Of a DNA stretch of 64,000 nt, positions 43,501-54,900 are shown one piece after another. Source of the stretch: Macrostomum lignano. Taxonomy: Eukaryota. Within the stretch, counting starts at the first letter, position 1. Every line of letters begins with the position of its first letter. The position numbers were made by a program, and so were the translations under genes. Location of the stretch: the NCBI GenBank assembly GCA_002269645.1, contig NIVC01001745.1, forward strand, positions 62,001 to 126,000, in the 5' to 3' direction. The notes under the pieces are model-generated. The model had not been told where the DNA came from and made no database searches. It worked only from the letters and a program-made list of their open reading frames with translations.

Positions 43501-44357
43501 GAAGGTGTCAGATGGGGAAGGTGTCAGGTGGGGAAAGTGTCAGGTAGGCAAGTGTCAAATAGGGAAGGTGTCAGTGTATGGAGATAGACAATAAACTCAG
43601 TATCAAACGCAGTCCAACACGCACCTAGATGGCTCGCTCTCGCCGACCACATTGATGCCCTTGACGCGGAAGCTGTACTGAATATTGGGGTGCATTTTCA
43701 CTTGCACCTGAGTGTCGGTAGGCTCTGTGGAGCCAAACTGCGGCGCAACGTACCAAGTATCGCTGGCGTACTGAGTGGAGAATTCCACAACATATCGCAG
43801 TACAGGCGCATAATTATCCGTGCCGGGATTCCACTTCACCTGGGCGATGTCATCGGACTTGAACTTGTCGCAGTCAACTTCCAAATTGGTTGGCATCTCC
43901 GGCCGGCCCATGATCATCAGCATGGCGCTCTTGGAGTCGTAGTCCAGACCGTTCGTGGCGTTGCAAGTGTAGATGCCAGTGTCCAGCGGCTTGGCCCCGC
44001 TCACTATCAGCGAGTAGTCCGGCAAGTTGATGGTCAGGCGGGGATTCTGATCGAAGTCGATAATGGTGCCGTCTTTGGACCATTGGATGATGAGGTTTTT
44101 CTCCTCTTTCAGATCCGTGATGGCCGTGCAGATGAGCTTCACCTCCTGGCCTTCGTAGACGCGGGTGTCCTGCGGCGCCATGGAGATTTCTGTCGGCTGG
44201 CGGACCGTCACTGTGCCGCTGGCGGTGCGGGAGCCTGCGGGGTGGCGGGGCTGCTGCGGACTGACTGGCGGACAGACAGGCAGACAGACAGACAGACAGA
44301 CAGACAGAAAGACAGGCAGACAGACAGGCAGACAGACAGGCAGACAGACAGACAGAA

Positions 44358-44410
<53 letters not shown>

Positions 44411-47400
44411 GGCAGACAGACAGACAGAAAGACAGACGGAAAGACAGACACTAAGACAGACAGACAGACAGACAGACAGACAGGCAGACAGGCAGACAGA
44501 CAGACAGGCAGACAGACAGGCAGGCGGACAGGCAGTCAGGCAGACAGACAGGCAGACAGGCAGTCAGGCACAAGCACTATAACTAACCAAAGTCATTAGT
44601 GGCGGTGCACTCGTAGGTGCCCGAGTCTGTGATTGACAGCTCGGCAATAAGCAGGTCGCCATTATCCTGCAGCTGATATCTGCCGCCAGTGATCGGTTCG
44701 CCATTCTTTTTCCAAGCTACAACGGCGCGAGGCGCGCTGAACGTCTGGCAGGGCATGATGAAGCGGCTCCTGGCGGCGGCCTTGGTGTCGGCGGGGGCCA
44801 GGACAAAGGTTGGCGGCTCGCGCAGCACATTCAGATAGGCATTGGTGTAGATGTAGCCGTACTTATTAGTGCAGTTGCACTGCACCACCAATGGATCTTT
44901 AAGGGTGAGATTTTTGAAATGGAACTCCTTGCCAACGGGGGCGCTGCGGTTGTCGTACTGGTTGGCAGGGACGCCGTTGATGAACCACTTGGGGTCGCCG
45001 TCGGCGCTGCCGGCTTCGCAGCGGAAGGTGTGACTGCCGCCCTCTGGCACGGAGATGTCGGTTGGCTTCTCGATCCAGTAGGGCTCGCTGAATACATTTA
45101 CAACAAAGGTGCCGGACGGCGGACTGCCACCAATCTGGGCGTTGGTGCCCGTGCACTGGTAGTTGCCTGGGGGCGGGGGGGGTAAATTCAAGTCTAACTT
45201 GCATGCCACTCGTGACTACTGAGAGTAATATGATGGCTTAGTGGGCTCGGACTGAGAATGGCCCAGCAACTGAGGATCTGGGAGGCTGGCCCAGCAACTG
45301 AGGATCTGGGAGGCTGGCCCAGCAACTGAGGATCTGGGAGGCTGGCCCAGCAACTGAGGATCTGAGGTGGCCCAGCAACTGAGGACCTGGGAGGCTGGCC
45401 CAGCAACTGAGGATCTGGGAGGCTGGCTCGGCAACTGAGGATCTGAGAGGCTGGCCCAGCAACTGAGGACCTGAGGTGGCCCAGCAAATGAGGATCTGGG
45501 AGGCTGGCTCGGCAACTGAGGATCTGAGAGGCTGGCCCAGCAACTGAGGATCTGGAAGGCTGGCCCAGCAAATGAGGATCTGGGAGGCTGGCTCGGCAAC
45601 TGAGGATCTGAGAGGCTGACCCAGCAACTGAGGATCTGAGAGGTTGGCCCAGCAACTGAGGACCTGAGGTGGCCCAGCAACTGAGGATCTGGGAAGCAGC
45701 AACTGAGGATCTGGGAGGCTGGCCAACAACTGAGGATCTGGGAGGCTGGTCCAGCAACTGAGGACCTGGGAGGCTGGCCCAGCAACTGAGGACCTGGGAG
45801 GCTGGCCCACAACTGAGGATCTGAGAGGCTGGCCCAGCAACTGAGGACCTGAGGTGGCCCAGCAACTGAGGATCTGGGAAGCAGCAACTGAGGATCTGGG
45901 AGGCTGGTCCAGCAACTGAGGATCTGGGAGGCTGGTCCAGCAACAGAGGATATGGGAGGCTGGCATGGGACTTGGGGAGATCAGCAGACGTGCAGTCCAG
46001 ACTGACCAGTATGAATATCCTTGTCAATATCGATGAGCTGCAGGCGGGCACCGGAGTCTAGCAGCTGCATCCGGGCCCACTCCTCGCTAGTGGTGATCTT
46101 GGCCGAGTCCTTCTTCCACTCGATCATAGGAGTCGGGTAGCCGGAGAAGAAGCAGAACAAATCCAGAGTTTTATTAACCAGGGCGCTCTGCACGCTGGGC
46201 TTCTGCGCCATGAGCTGAGCAGCCGGGTACAGGACATTGGTGCGCACAGTCAGCTTGTAGTTGCGACCCTCAGCTGTTCGACGGACAATGTCATTCCTGA
46301 CGCCGCATTTGTAGGTCGCCGTATCAGACTCTTGAACGTTGGCGAACATAAGCGCGCCAGTGACTGGGTGAATGTTGATCCGATTGGACATTGTCAGAGT
46401 CTGCGTGCCAGCGCCGGTAACTCTGTACCAAACTATGGTGGCCTCCGGGTAAGAGGTTGGCGCGTTGCACGGGAATGTCACCTTGTCGCCTGAGGAGCGC
46501 TCCACGTTGACGTCGGGCTCTTTAGCAAAGTTGTACAGCTCGGCGCGGCGGAGCACCTGGGGGTGGGAGCGGATCGGGAGGTTAGGAGACCTGAGTTGGC
46601 TTAATAAATAGAAACACTGGCGTGATGGCTTAAGAGAATGGTTGTCAAATCTGGGGATCAGAGAGGTTTATAATCCAGGCTGAGGATCTGGGAGATTGTT
46701 GGGATAACCTGAGGATCTGGGAGATTGTTGGGATAACCTGAGAATCTGGGAGGTTGTTGGGATAACCTGAGGATCTAGGAGATTGTTGGGATAACCTGAG
46801 GATCTGGGAGATTGTTGGGATAACCTGAGAATCTGGGAGGTTGTTGGGATAACCTGAGGATCTAGGAGATTGTTGGGATAACCTGAGGATCTGGGAGATT
46901 GTTGGGATAACCTGAGGATCTGGGAGATTGTTGGGATAACCTAAAGATCTGGGAGATTGTTGGGATAACCTAAAGATCTGGGAGATTGTTGGGATAACCT
47001 GAGAATCTGGGAGGTTGTTGGGATAACCTGAGGATCTAGGAGATTGTTGGGATAACCTGAGGATCTGGGAGATTGTTGGGATAACCTGAGAATCTGGGAG
47101 GTTGTTGGGATAACCTGAGGATCTAGGAGATTGTTGGGATAACCTGAGGATCTGGGAGATTGTTGGGATAACCTGAGGATCTGGGAGATTGTTGGGATAA
47201 CCTAAAGATCTGGGAGATTGTTGGGATAACCTAAAGATCTGGGAGATTGTTGGGATAACCTAAGGATCTGGGAGATTGTTGGGATAACCTGAGAATCTGG
47301 GAGGTTGTTGGGATAACCTGGGGATCTGGGAGATTGTTGGGATAACCTGGGGATCTGGGAGATTGTTGGGATAACCTGAGAATCTGGGAGGTTGTTGGGA

Positions 47401-50400
47401 TAACCTGAGGATCTGGGAGATTGTTGGGATAACCTGAGAATCTGGGAGGTTGTTGGGATAACCTGAGGATCTAGGAGATTGTTGGGATAACCTGAGGATC
47501 TGGGAGATTGTTGGGATAACCTGAGGATCTGGGAGATTGTTGGGATAACCTAAAGATCTGGGAGATTGTTGGGATAACCTAAAGATCTGGGAGATTGTTG
47601 GGATAACCTGAGAATCTGGGAGGTTGTTGGGATAACCTGGGGATCTGGGAGATTGTTGGGATAACCTGGGGATCTGGGAGATTGTTGGGATAACCTGAGG
47701 ATCTGGGAGATTGTTGGGATAACCTAAGGATCTAGGAGATTGTTGGGATAACCTGAGGATCTGGGAGATTGTTGGGATAACCTAAGGATCTGGGAGATTG
47801 TTGGGATAACCTGAGGATCTGGGAGATTGTTGGGATAACCTAAGGATCTGGGAGATTGTTGGGATAACCTGAGGATCTGGGAGATTGTTGAGATAACCTA
47901 AGGATCTGGGAGATTGTTGGGATAACCTGAGGATCTGGGAGGTTGTTGGGATAACCTGAGAATCTGGGAGGTTGTTGGGATAACCTGAGGATCTAGGAGA
48001 TTGTTGGGATAACCTGAGGATCTGGGAGATTGTTGGGATAACCTGAGAATCTGGGAGGTTGTTGGGATAACCTGAGGATCTAGGAGATTGTTGGGATAAC
48101 CTGAGGATCTGGGAGATTGTTGGGATAACCTGAGGATCTGGGAGATTGTTGGGATAACCTAAAGATCTGGGAGATTGTTGGGATAACCTAAAGATCTGGG
48201 AGATTGTTGGGATAACCTGAGAATCTGGGAGGTTGTTGGGATAACCTGAGGATCTAGGAGATTGTTGGGATAACCTGAGGATCTGGGAGATTGTTGGGAT
48301 AACCTGAGAATCTGGGAGGTTGTTGGGATAACCTGAGGATCTAGGAGATTGTTGGGATAACCTGAGGATCTGGGAGATTGTTGGGATAACCTGAGGATCT
48401 GGGAGATTGTTGGGATAACCTAAAGATCTGGGAGATTGTTGGGATAACCTGGGGATCTGGGAGATTGTTGGGATAACCTAAGGATCTGGGAGATTGTTGG
48501 GATAACCTGAGAATCTGGGAGGTTGTTGGGATAACCTGGGGATCTGGGAGATTGTTGGGATAGCCTGGGGATCTGGGAGATTGTTGGGATAACCTGAGAA
48601 TCTGGGAGGTTGTTGGGATAACCTGAGGATCTAGGAGATTGTTGGGATAACCTGAGGATCTGGGAGATTGTTGGGATAACCTGAGGATCTGGGAGATTGT
48701 TGGGATAACCTAAGGATCTGGGAGATTGTTGGGATAACCTGAGGATCTGGGAGATTGTTGGGATAACCTAAAGATCTGGGAGATTGTTGGGATAACCTAA
48801 GGATCTGGGAGATTGTTGGGATAACCTGAGAATCTGGGAGGTTGTTGGGATAACCTGGGGATCTGGGAGATTGTTGGGATAACCTGGGGATCTGGGAGAT
48901 TGTTGGGATAACCTGAGAATCTGGGAGGTTGTTGGGATAACCTGAGGATCTAGGAGATTGTTGGGATAACCTGAGGATCTGGGAGATTGTTGGGATAACC
49001 TAAGGATCTGGGAGATTGTTGGGATAACCTGAGGATCTGGGAGATTGTTGGGATAACCTAAGGATCTGGGAGATTGTTGGGATAACCTGAGGATCTGGGA
49101 GATTGTTGAGATAACCTAAGGATCTGGGAGATTGTTGGGATAACCTGAGGATCTGGGAGATTGTTGGGATAACCTGAGAATCTGGGAGGTTGTTGGGATA
49201 ACCTGAGGATCTAGGAGATTGTTGGGATAACCTGAGGATCTGGGAGATTGTTGGGATAACCTAAGGATCTGGGAGATTGTTGGGATAACCTGAGGATCTG
49301 GGAGATTGTTGGGATAACCTAAGGATCTGGGAGATTGTTGGGATAACCTGAGGATCTGGGAGATTGTTGAGATAACCTAAGGATCTGGGAGATTGTTGGG
49401 ATAACCTGAGGATCTGGGAGATTGTTGGGATAACCTGAGGATCTGGGAGATTGTTGGGATAACCTAAGGATCTGGGAGATTGTTGGGATAACCTAAGGAT
49501 CTGGGAGATTGTTGGGATAACCTGTGGCCACCTAGAGCAGGTCTCAGTGCCGCTCACCGTCTTGACGGAAGCAGCCACGCCGAGATCATTCTTGGCCAAG
49601 CACTGGTAGATGCCATCATCGTCTTCGCCGGGCGAAATGAACACCAGAGTGCCGGCGCCAGGGTACTTCTTGTAGCGACCGGAATTCTTTGTCCAATCAA
49701 ACTCCTGCTCGTTTCGCTTCCAGATGAAGGTTGGAGCCGGGTCGCCCGAGGCTTCGCACTCAAGCTTGATGGACTCGCCAATGTTGAACGCCACCTCCTT
49801 TGGCGGCATTTTTGTTAGCGTAGGCGGGAAAGAAACTGCAAGGCGAAGATGCGATGGGTCAGGCTGTGTCTAGTGTGGGTCAGGCTGTGTCTAGTGTGGG
49901 TCAGGCTGTTTAGTGTGGGTCAGGCTGTCTAGCGTGGGTCAGGCTGTGTCTAGTGTGGGTCAGAATGTCTAGTGTGGGTCAGGCTATGTCTAGTATGGGT
50001 AAGGATGTGTCTAGTGTTCGTCAGGATGGGTCTAGTGTGGGTCAGGCTGTGTCTGGTGTGGGTCAGGCTGTTTAGTGTGGGTCAGGCTGTGTCTAGTGTG
50101 GGTCAGGCTGTGTCTAGTGTGGTTCAGGCTGTTTAGTGTGGGTCAGGCTGTCTAGTGTGGGTCAGACTGTGTCTAGTGCGGATCAGGCTGTGTCTATTGT
50201 GGGTCAGGCTGTGTCTAGCGTGGGTCAGGCTGTGTCTAGCGTGGGTCAGGCTGTGTCTAGTGTGGGTCAGGCTGTGTCTAGCGTGGGTCAGGCTGTGTCT
50301 AGTGTGGGTCAGGCTGTTTAGTGTGGGTCAGGCTGTTTAGTATGGGTAAGGATGTGTCTAGTGTTGGTCAGGCTGTGTCTAGCGTGGGTCAGGATGTGTC

Positions 50401-51414
50401 TGGTGTGGGTCAGGCTGTTTAGTGTGGGTCAGGCTGTCTAGTATGGGTAAGGATGTGTCTAGTGTTGGTCAGGCTGTGTCTAGCGTGGGTCAGGATGTGT
50501 CTGGTGTGGGTCAGGCTGTTTAGTGTGGGTCAGACTGTCTAGTATGAGTGAGGATGTGTCTAGTGTGGGTCAGGATGGGTCTAGCGTGGGTCAGGCTGTG
50601 TCTAGTGTGGGTCAGAATGTGTCTAGTGTGGTCAGGCTGTGTTTAGTGTGGGTCAGGCTGTCTAGTGTGGGTCAGGCTGTGTCTAGTGTGGGTCAGACTG
50701 TCTAGCGTGGGTCAGGCTGTGTCTAGTGTGGGTCAGGCTGTGTCTAGCGTGGGTCAGGCTGTGTCTGGTGTGGGTCAGGCTGTTTAGTGTGGGTCAGGCT
50801 GTGTCTAGCGTGGGTCAGGCTGTGTCTAGTGTGGGTCAGACTGTCTAGCGTGGGTCAGGCTGTGTCTAGTGTGGGTCAGGATGTGTCTGGTGTGGGTCAG
50901 GCTGTTTAGTGTGGGTCAGGCTGTCTAGCGTGGGTCAGGCTGTGTCTAGTGTGGGTCAGGCTGTGTCTAGCGTGGGTCAGGCTGTGTCTAGCGTGGGTCA
51001 GGCTGTGTCTAGTGTGGGTCAGGCTGTGTCTAGCGTGGGTCAGGCTGTGTCTAGTGTGGGTCAGGCTGTTTAGTGTGGGTCAGGCTGTCTAGTATGGGTA
51101 AGGATGTGTCTAGTGTTGGTCAGGCTGTGTCTAGCGTGGGTCAGGATGTGTCTGGTGTGGGTCAGGCTGTTTAGTGTGGGTCAGACTGTCTAGTATGAGT
51201 GAGGATGTGTCTAGTGTGGGTCAGGATGGGTCTAGCGTGGGTCAGAATGTGTCTAGTGTGGTCAGGCTGTGTGTGTGGTGTCCAGGATTAGAATCAGGTC
51301 AAGTTTTTTCTCCAGATCTACATCACTGTGCAATAGATTAGAACATTGGCACTCACCCGTGTTGGCATACTGCAGCAGAGCAGCCAACTGCAGTGTCACG
51401 AGCACTAGCCGCAT
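37532..51414 (-). CDS. L1-family cell adhesion molecule (neuroglian/NrCAM-like): signal peptide, 6 Ig, 5 FN3, TM, cytoplasmic tail (~1413 aa if the frameshift is corrected)
   Basis: Exons 51414-51357, 49835-49558, 46556-46007, 45166-44588, 44234-43625, 43184-42374, 42097-41855, 41389-41218, 41131-40850, 40327-40157, 39871-39633, 37779-37532. Ig Cys/Trp patterns (LECEASGDP...YQCLAKND etc.), FN3 motifs, TM WFICMVLILLALIALIIFLFFV. Summed length of 4241 nt is 1 nt short of a multiple of 3 (see finding at 39747). Confidence 0.9.
37870..39555. repeat. A-rich 19-21-bp minisatellite (CTAAAGGATAAAAATCTCAAG)n with higher-order blocks, last neuroglian intron
   Basis: Direct tandem repeat over ~1.7 kb. 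Confidence 0.95.
39910..40150. repeat. 24-bp minisatellite (GAATGTCGCTGAGATGTGTGGGTA)n, ~10 copies, intronic
   Basis: Fills intron 39872-40156. Confidence 0.95.
40430..40840. repeat. ~23-bp minisatellite (GAATCCCGAATCCCATCATTAGA)n, intronic
   Basis: Direct tandem repeat, related to the 34350-35480 unit. Confidence 0.9.
41430..41795. repeat. 31-bp minisatellite (AAAACCCGTCTAAACAGGACCGGAAGTAATA)n, ~11 copies, intronic
   Basis: Direct tandem repeat within intron 41390-41854. Confidence 0.93.
42140..42365. repeat. 23-bp minisatellite (CCCGATTCTTCAGTGCCCTATGA)n, ~9 copies, intronic
   Basis: Fills intron 42098-42373. Confidence 0.95.
43197..43575. repeat. 16-bp G-rich minisatellite (GGGGAGGGTGTCAGGT)n, ~23 copies, intronic
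   Basis: Fills intron 43185-43624. Confidence 0.95.
44270..44570. repeat. (CAGA)n/(CAGG) microsatellite, intronic
   Basis: Fills intron 44235-44587. Confidence 0.97.
45255..45965. repeat. ~28-bp minisatellite (GGCCCAGCAACTGAGGATCTGGGAGGCT)n, intronic
   Basis: Fills intron 45167-46006. Confidence 0.95.
46680..49525. repeat. 29-bp satellite (GGGATAACCTGAGGATCTGGGAGATTGTT)n, ~98 copies, intronic
   Basis: Highly homogeneous array filling intron 46557-49557. Confidence 0.98.
49855..51270. repeat. 17-21-bp minisatellite (GTGTGGGTCAGGCTGTGTCTA)n, neuroglian first coding intron
   Basis: Fills intron 49836-51356. Confidence 0.96.
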
Positions 51415-51497
51415 GCCGAGGCTCAGGGGCAGCTTGAAATCCCAATACGAAAATTGAAAGCTATAATATACATTGGATAATGCAATTGACCGGCTGA

Positions 51498-51523
51498 CTA
51501 TCTATCTATCTATCTATCTATCC

Positions 51524-51560
<37 letters not shown>

Positions 51561-51587
51561 CCTTATCTATCTACCTATCTATCTATC
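51498..51587. repeat. (CTAT)n microsatellite
   Basis: About 22 units between the FOP-like 3' end and the neuroglian start. Confidence 0.95.
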
Positions 51588-51966
51588 TTTGTCATTGACA
51601 AAATCATTGAAAAGTTGAAAAATAGGCAGCCAGAAGACAATTTTAAAAGTTGCTTGAAACTTTATTAACTTCATAGTTAAAAGTGAAAACATAATTACTG
51701 GCAGTTACTGTATAAAACACGGACCAAATGTGATAGTTACTGAAAAAAGCATTATATATTTGCTGCAGACTAAAAATGCTACTAAAAGTAGACCGTTTAA
51801 AAATGCTAATTTAATTTCATTGCAAGCTATGACAGATTGAATAAAACGAATTGTAATAATTACTTGGAAGATAATAAAAATACATAGAGTTAAACAAATG
51901 CCACAGTCAGATATGAGCAGAATTGACTTCGGCGGCAGAGCATCTTCGCGACTGGCCTCGCGAACT

Positions 51967-54900
51967 TCATTTTGCTAAAATAAATAAACAATGCAAATTT
52001 TTAATTACAGTATACAATAGTACGCATTTTCGGATTTTCATGCTTTTGACATCCTTCTTAAATCCGGAAATAATTAAGAAAATAATAAGAAAAAAATGAA
52101 GTCCTTACGAGTTGTATTAGTCGAGTCTTTGAGCAGTTTCACGAGCTTTGGCTCCACTGCGTCCGGGTTCGCATCCGAGATTTTAACGCATTTTTTATCA
52201 TTCAAGTTGTCTGAGCTGTCACGTAACGTAGTCACTTCGGCAGCGGCCAGCCCGGCTTCTTGGGTGAGCACAGCCAGACTGTGCTTCAGATTGAAGTGCT
52301 CCAGCAGCTCAACAATCAGAGTGAAGGCCTGACGGCCTGTGTGTGAATTGAGTTTAGTCGAATGAGGCCATTTTATCACTTAACTAAAACATTTTTTAAG
52401 AAATTAAAGTAAACGACAACTAGATTCTAGTCATCCCTAGAGTGGAAGCTATGGGATCCCATCCTTAGAGTGGAAGCAATGGGATCCCATCCTTAGAGTG
52501 GAAGCTATGAGATCCCATCCTTAGAGTGGAAGCAATGGGATCCCACCCTTAGAGTGGAAGCTTTGAGATCCCATCCTTAGAGTGGAAGCAATGGGATCCC
52601 ATCCTTAGAGTGGAAGCTATGAGATCCCATCCTTAGAGTGGAAGCTTTGAGATCCCATCCTTAGAGTGGAAGCAATGGGATCCCATCCTAAGAGTAAAGC
52701 AATGGTCCCATCCTTAGAGTGGAAGCTATGAGATCCCATCCTTAAAGTGAAAGCAATGAGATCCCATCCTTAAAGTGAAAGCAATGAGATCCCATCCTTA
52801 GTATGGAAGCAATGGGATCCCATCCTAAGAGTAAAGCAATGGTCCCATCCTTAGAGTGGAAGCAATGGGATCCCATCCTAAGAGTAAAGCAATGGTCCCA
52901 TCCTTAGAGTGGAAGCAATGGGATCCCATCCTAGAGTGGAAGCTATGAGATCCCATCCTTAAAGTGAAAGCAATGAGATCCCATCCTTAGTATGGAAGCA
53001 ATGGGATCCCATCCTAAGAGTAAAGCAATGGGGTCCCATCCTTGTAGTTGGAGCAATGAGACCCCATCACTAGAGTGAAATGAAAAATACAAGAACTAAC
53101 TACCATGAGCATATTGTAATCTAAAAGACACAATTTGAAATTCCAGACATTAAAAGTACAAATATATGCATACTCTTACCATTTGATGACTCAAGAAATG
53201 AGGTTAATTTGTTGTTCTTTGTCTTCAGATAGCTAGTAAGCTTTTCTTCATCATCAAGAGCCAGAAATATGCTTGCCCTTAGTTGAGCCTAGAGTTGTAT
53301 AAGGAGTTGGTATTTAATGTTATAATTAAAAAAAATAAATAATAAGATATTATAAACAAAAATTTAAACTTTAAAAAAATAAGATATAGTAATATACTTA
53401 AGTTTTTTAATTCATCATCTTTTGCTATAGCCTATAGGAAAAATTGTAAGAAAAAATTAAAATTTGCTAGGCTCTTCATAGATGCCATATTTTTTGGAGT
53501 TCTATTAAACTTAATTAAAAAGGTCCTTTGCTATAGAATCCTCCAAAATGACCTAAGAATAAGTTGTAATTTTTTCCTATAGTCTTTAATAGCCTATATA
53601 CTATCTTCAATTCAATATGGCTAGTATAAAAATTAGTTTATGTCAATTTTAGATATATGCTTCTACCAATGAATATGCCACACATTTATACTCGTATAAT
53701 GCTAAGAATTTTTTTAAAGTAATGCCTTATCAATTTTTTAAAAGCATAAATTATTATCCTTATGTTAAGCTTTTCTTAAATGTATGATTGGCTCTTCGAT
53801 AACTAGATAAATACTAGCAATCTACGCCCCCCGTTGGGGAGCCAAAGAAATGCAATACATGTTTTTTTAATAAGCTACATGTAGCCTTGAAATCTTAAAA
53901 AATCTCCTGTCAAACTTCTAACCCTAACCCTAACCCTAACCCTAACCCTAACCTAACCCTAAAGCATTGAATTTTCAGTAATTCTGAGTCATTATAGCAC
54001 TACTACAGCATTATAGCGATTCCCTGCAAGCCTCGACATCGTAGGGATTCCCAAATGAATCTCTTAACTTTGACATGAAGCTTCTTTTATTTTTACATTA
54101 CGCTTTTTCTATCAGCGAGCCCTGAGGAGTCAACAAATAATGGAATAAAAAGTTTTCAATAAACTACATGTAGCTTCTGACTTAAGCCTTGAAATCTTAT
54201 TTATACCCCGTGAGCCTTGACATCTCAGCTATTCCCCCCGTAAGCCTTGACATGTCAGCGATGGCCCCCATAAACCTTGAAATCTAAAAAATCCCCTGTT
54301 ATTCTGTTAACCTTGAAACCCGATAAAATATAACCCTCAACCCACACTTGACCTAAACCTAACTTTAACCCAACCTAAAGCCTTGAAATCTCAGCAATTC
54401 TTCTCCCCTAAGCCTTGGAATTTTAGTGTTTCCTTCTTTAAGAATCACAGCACTATAACGATTTCCACCAAGCTTTGACATCGTAGCAATTCCCAAATGA
54501 ATCTTTTAACTTCGACATGACTTTTCTTTTATGTATACTTAGTGCTACTTTTATTTTTTACATGACTCCTCTTTTATCAGCGCCCCCCCCCCCGTGGCGA
54601 GCCAACAAAGAATGTAATAAAAAAATTGAGTAAAGTACATGAACTTTGAAGTAGCTTCTGACTTTTGCTTTGACATCTCAGAACCCCCCCCTGTAATCTC
54701 AGTTATTCTCTGTGAGCCTTGACGTCTCAGTAATTCTCCCCAGAACAGTGCTGTACTATAGCTTCATTTAATTTTTATATGACACCTTTCATGTCTGACA
54801 TGACGCTTCTTTTGATTTTTACATGACGCTTCTTATATTCTTCTATTTTGCTTCTTAATTTTTTTAATGACACTTTCATTAGTTTTTATATGAGGCTTCT

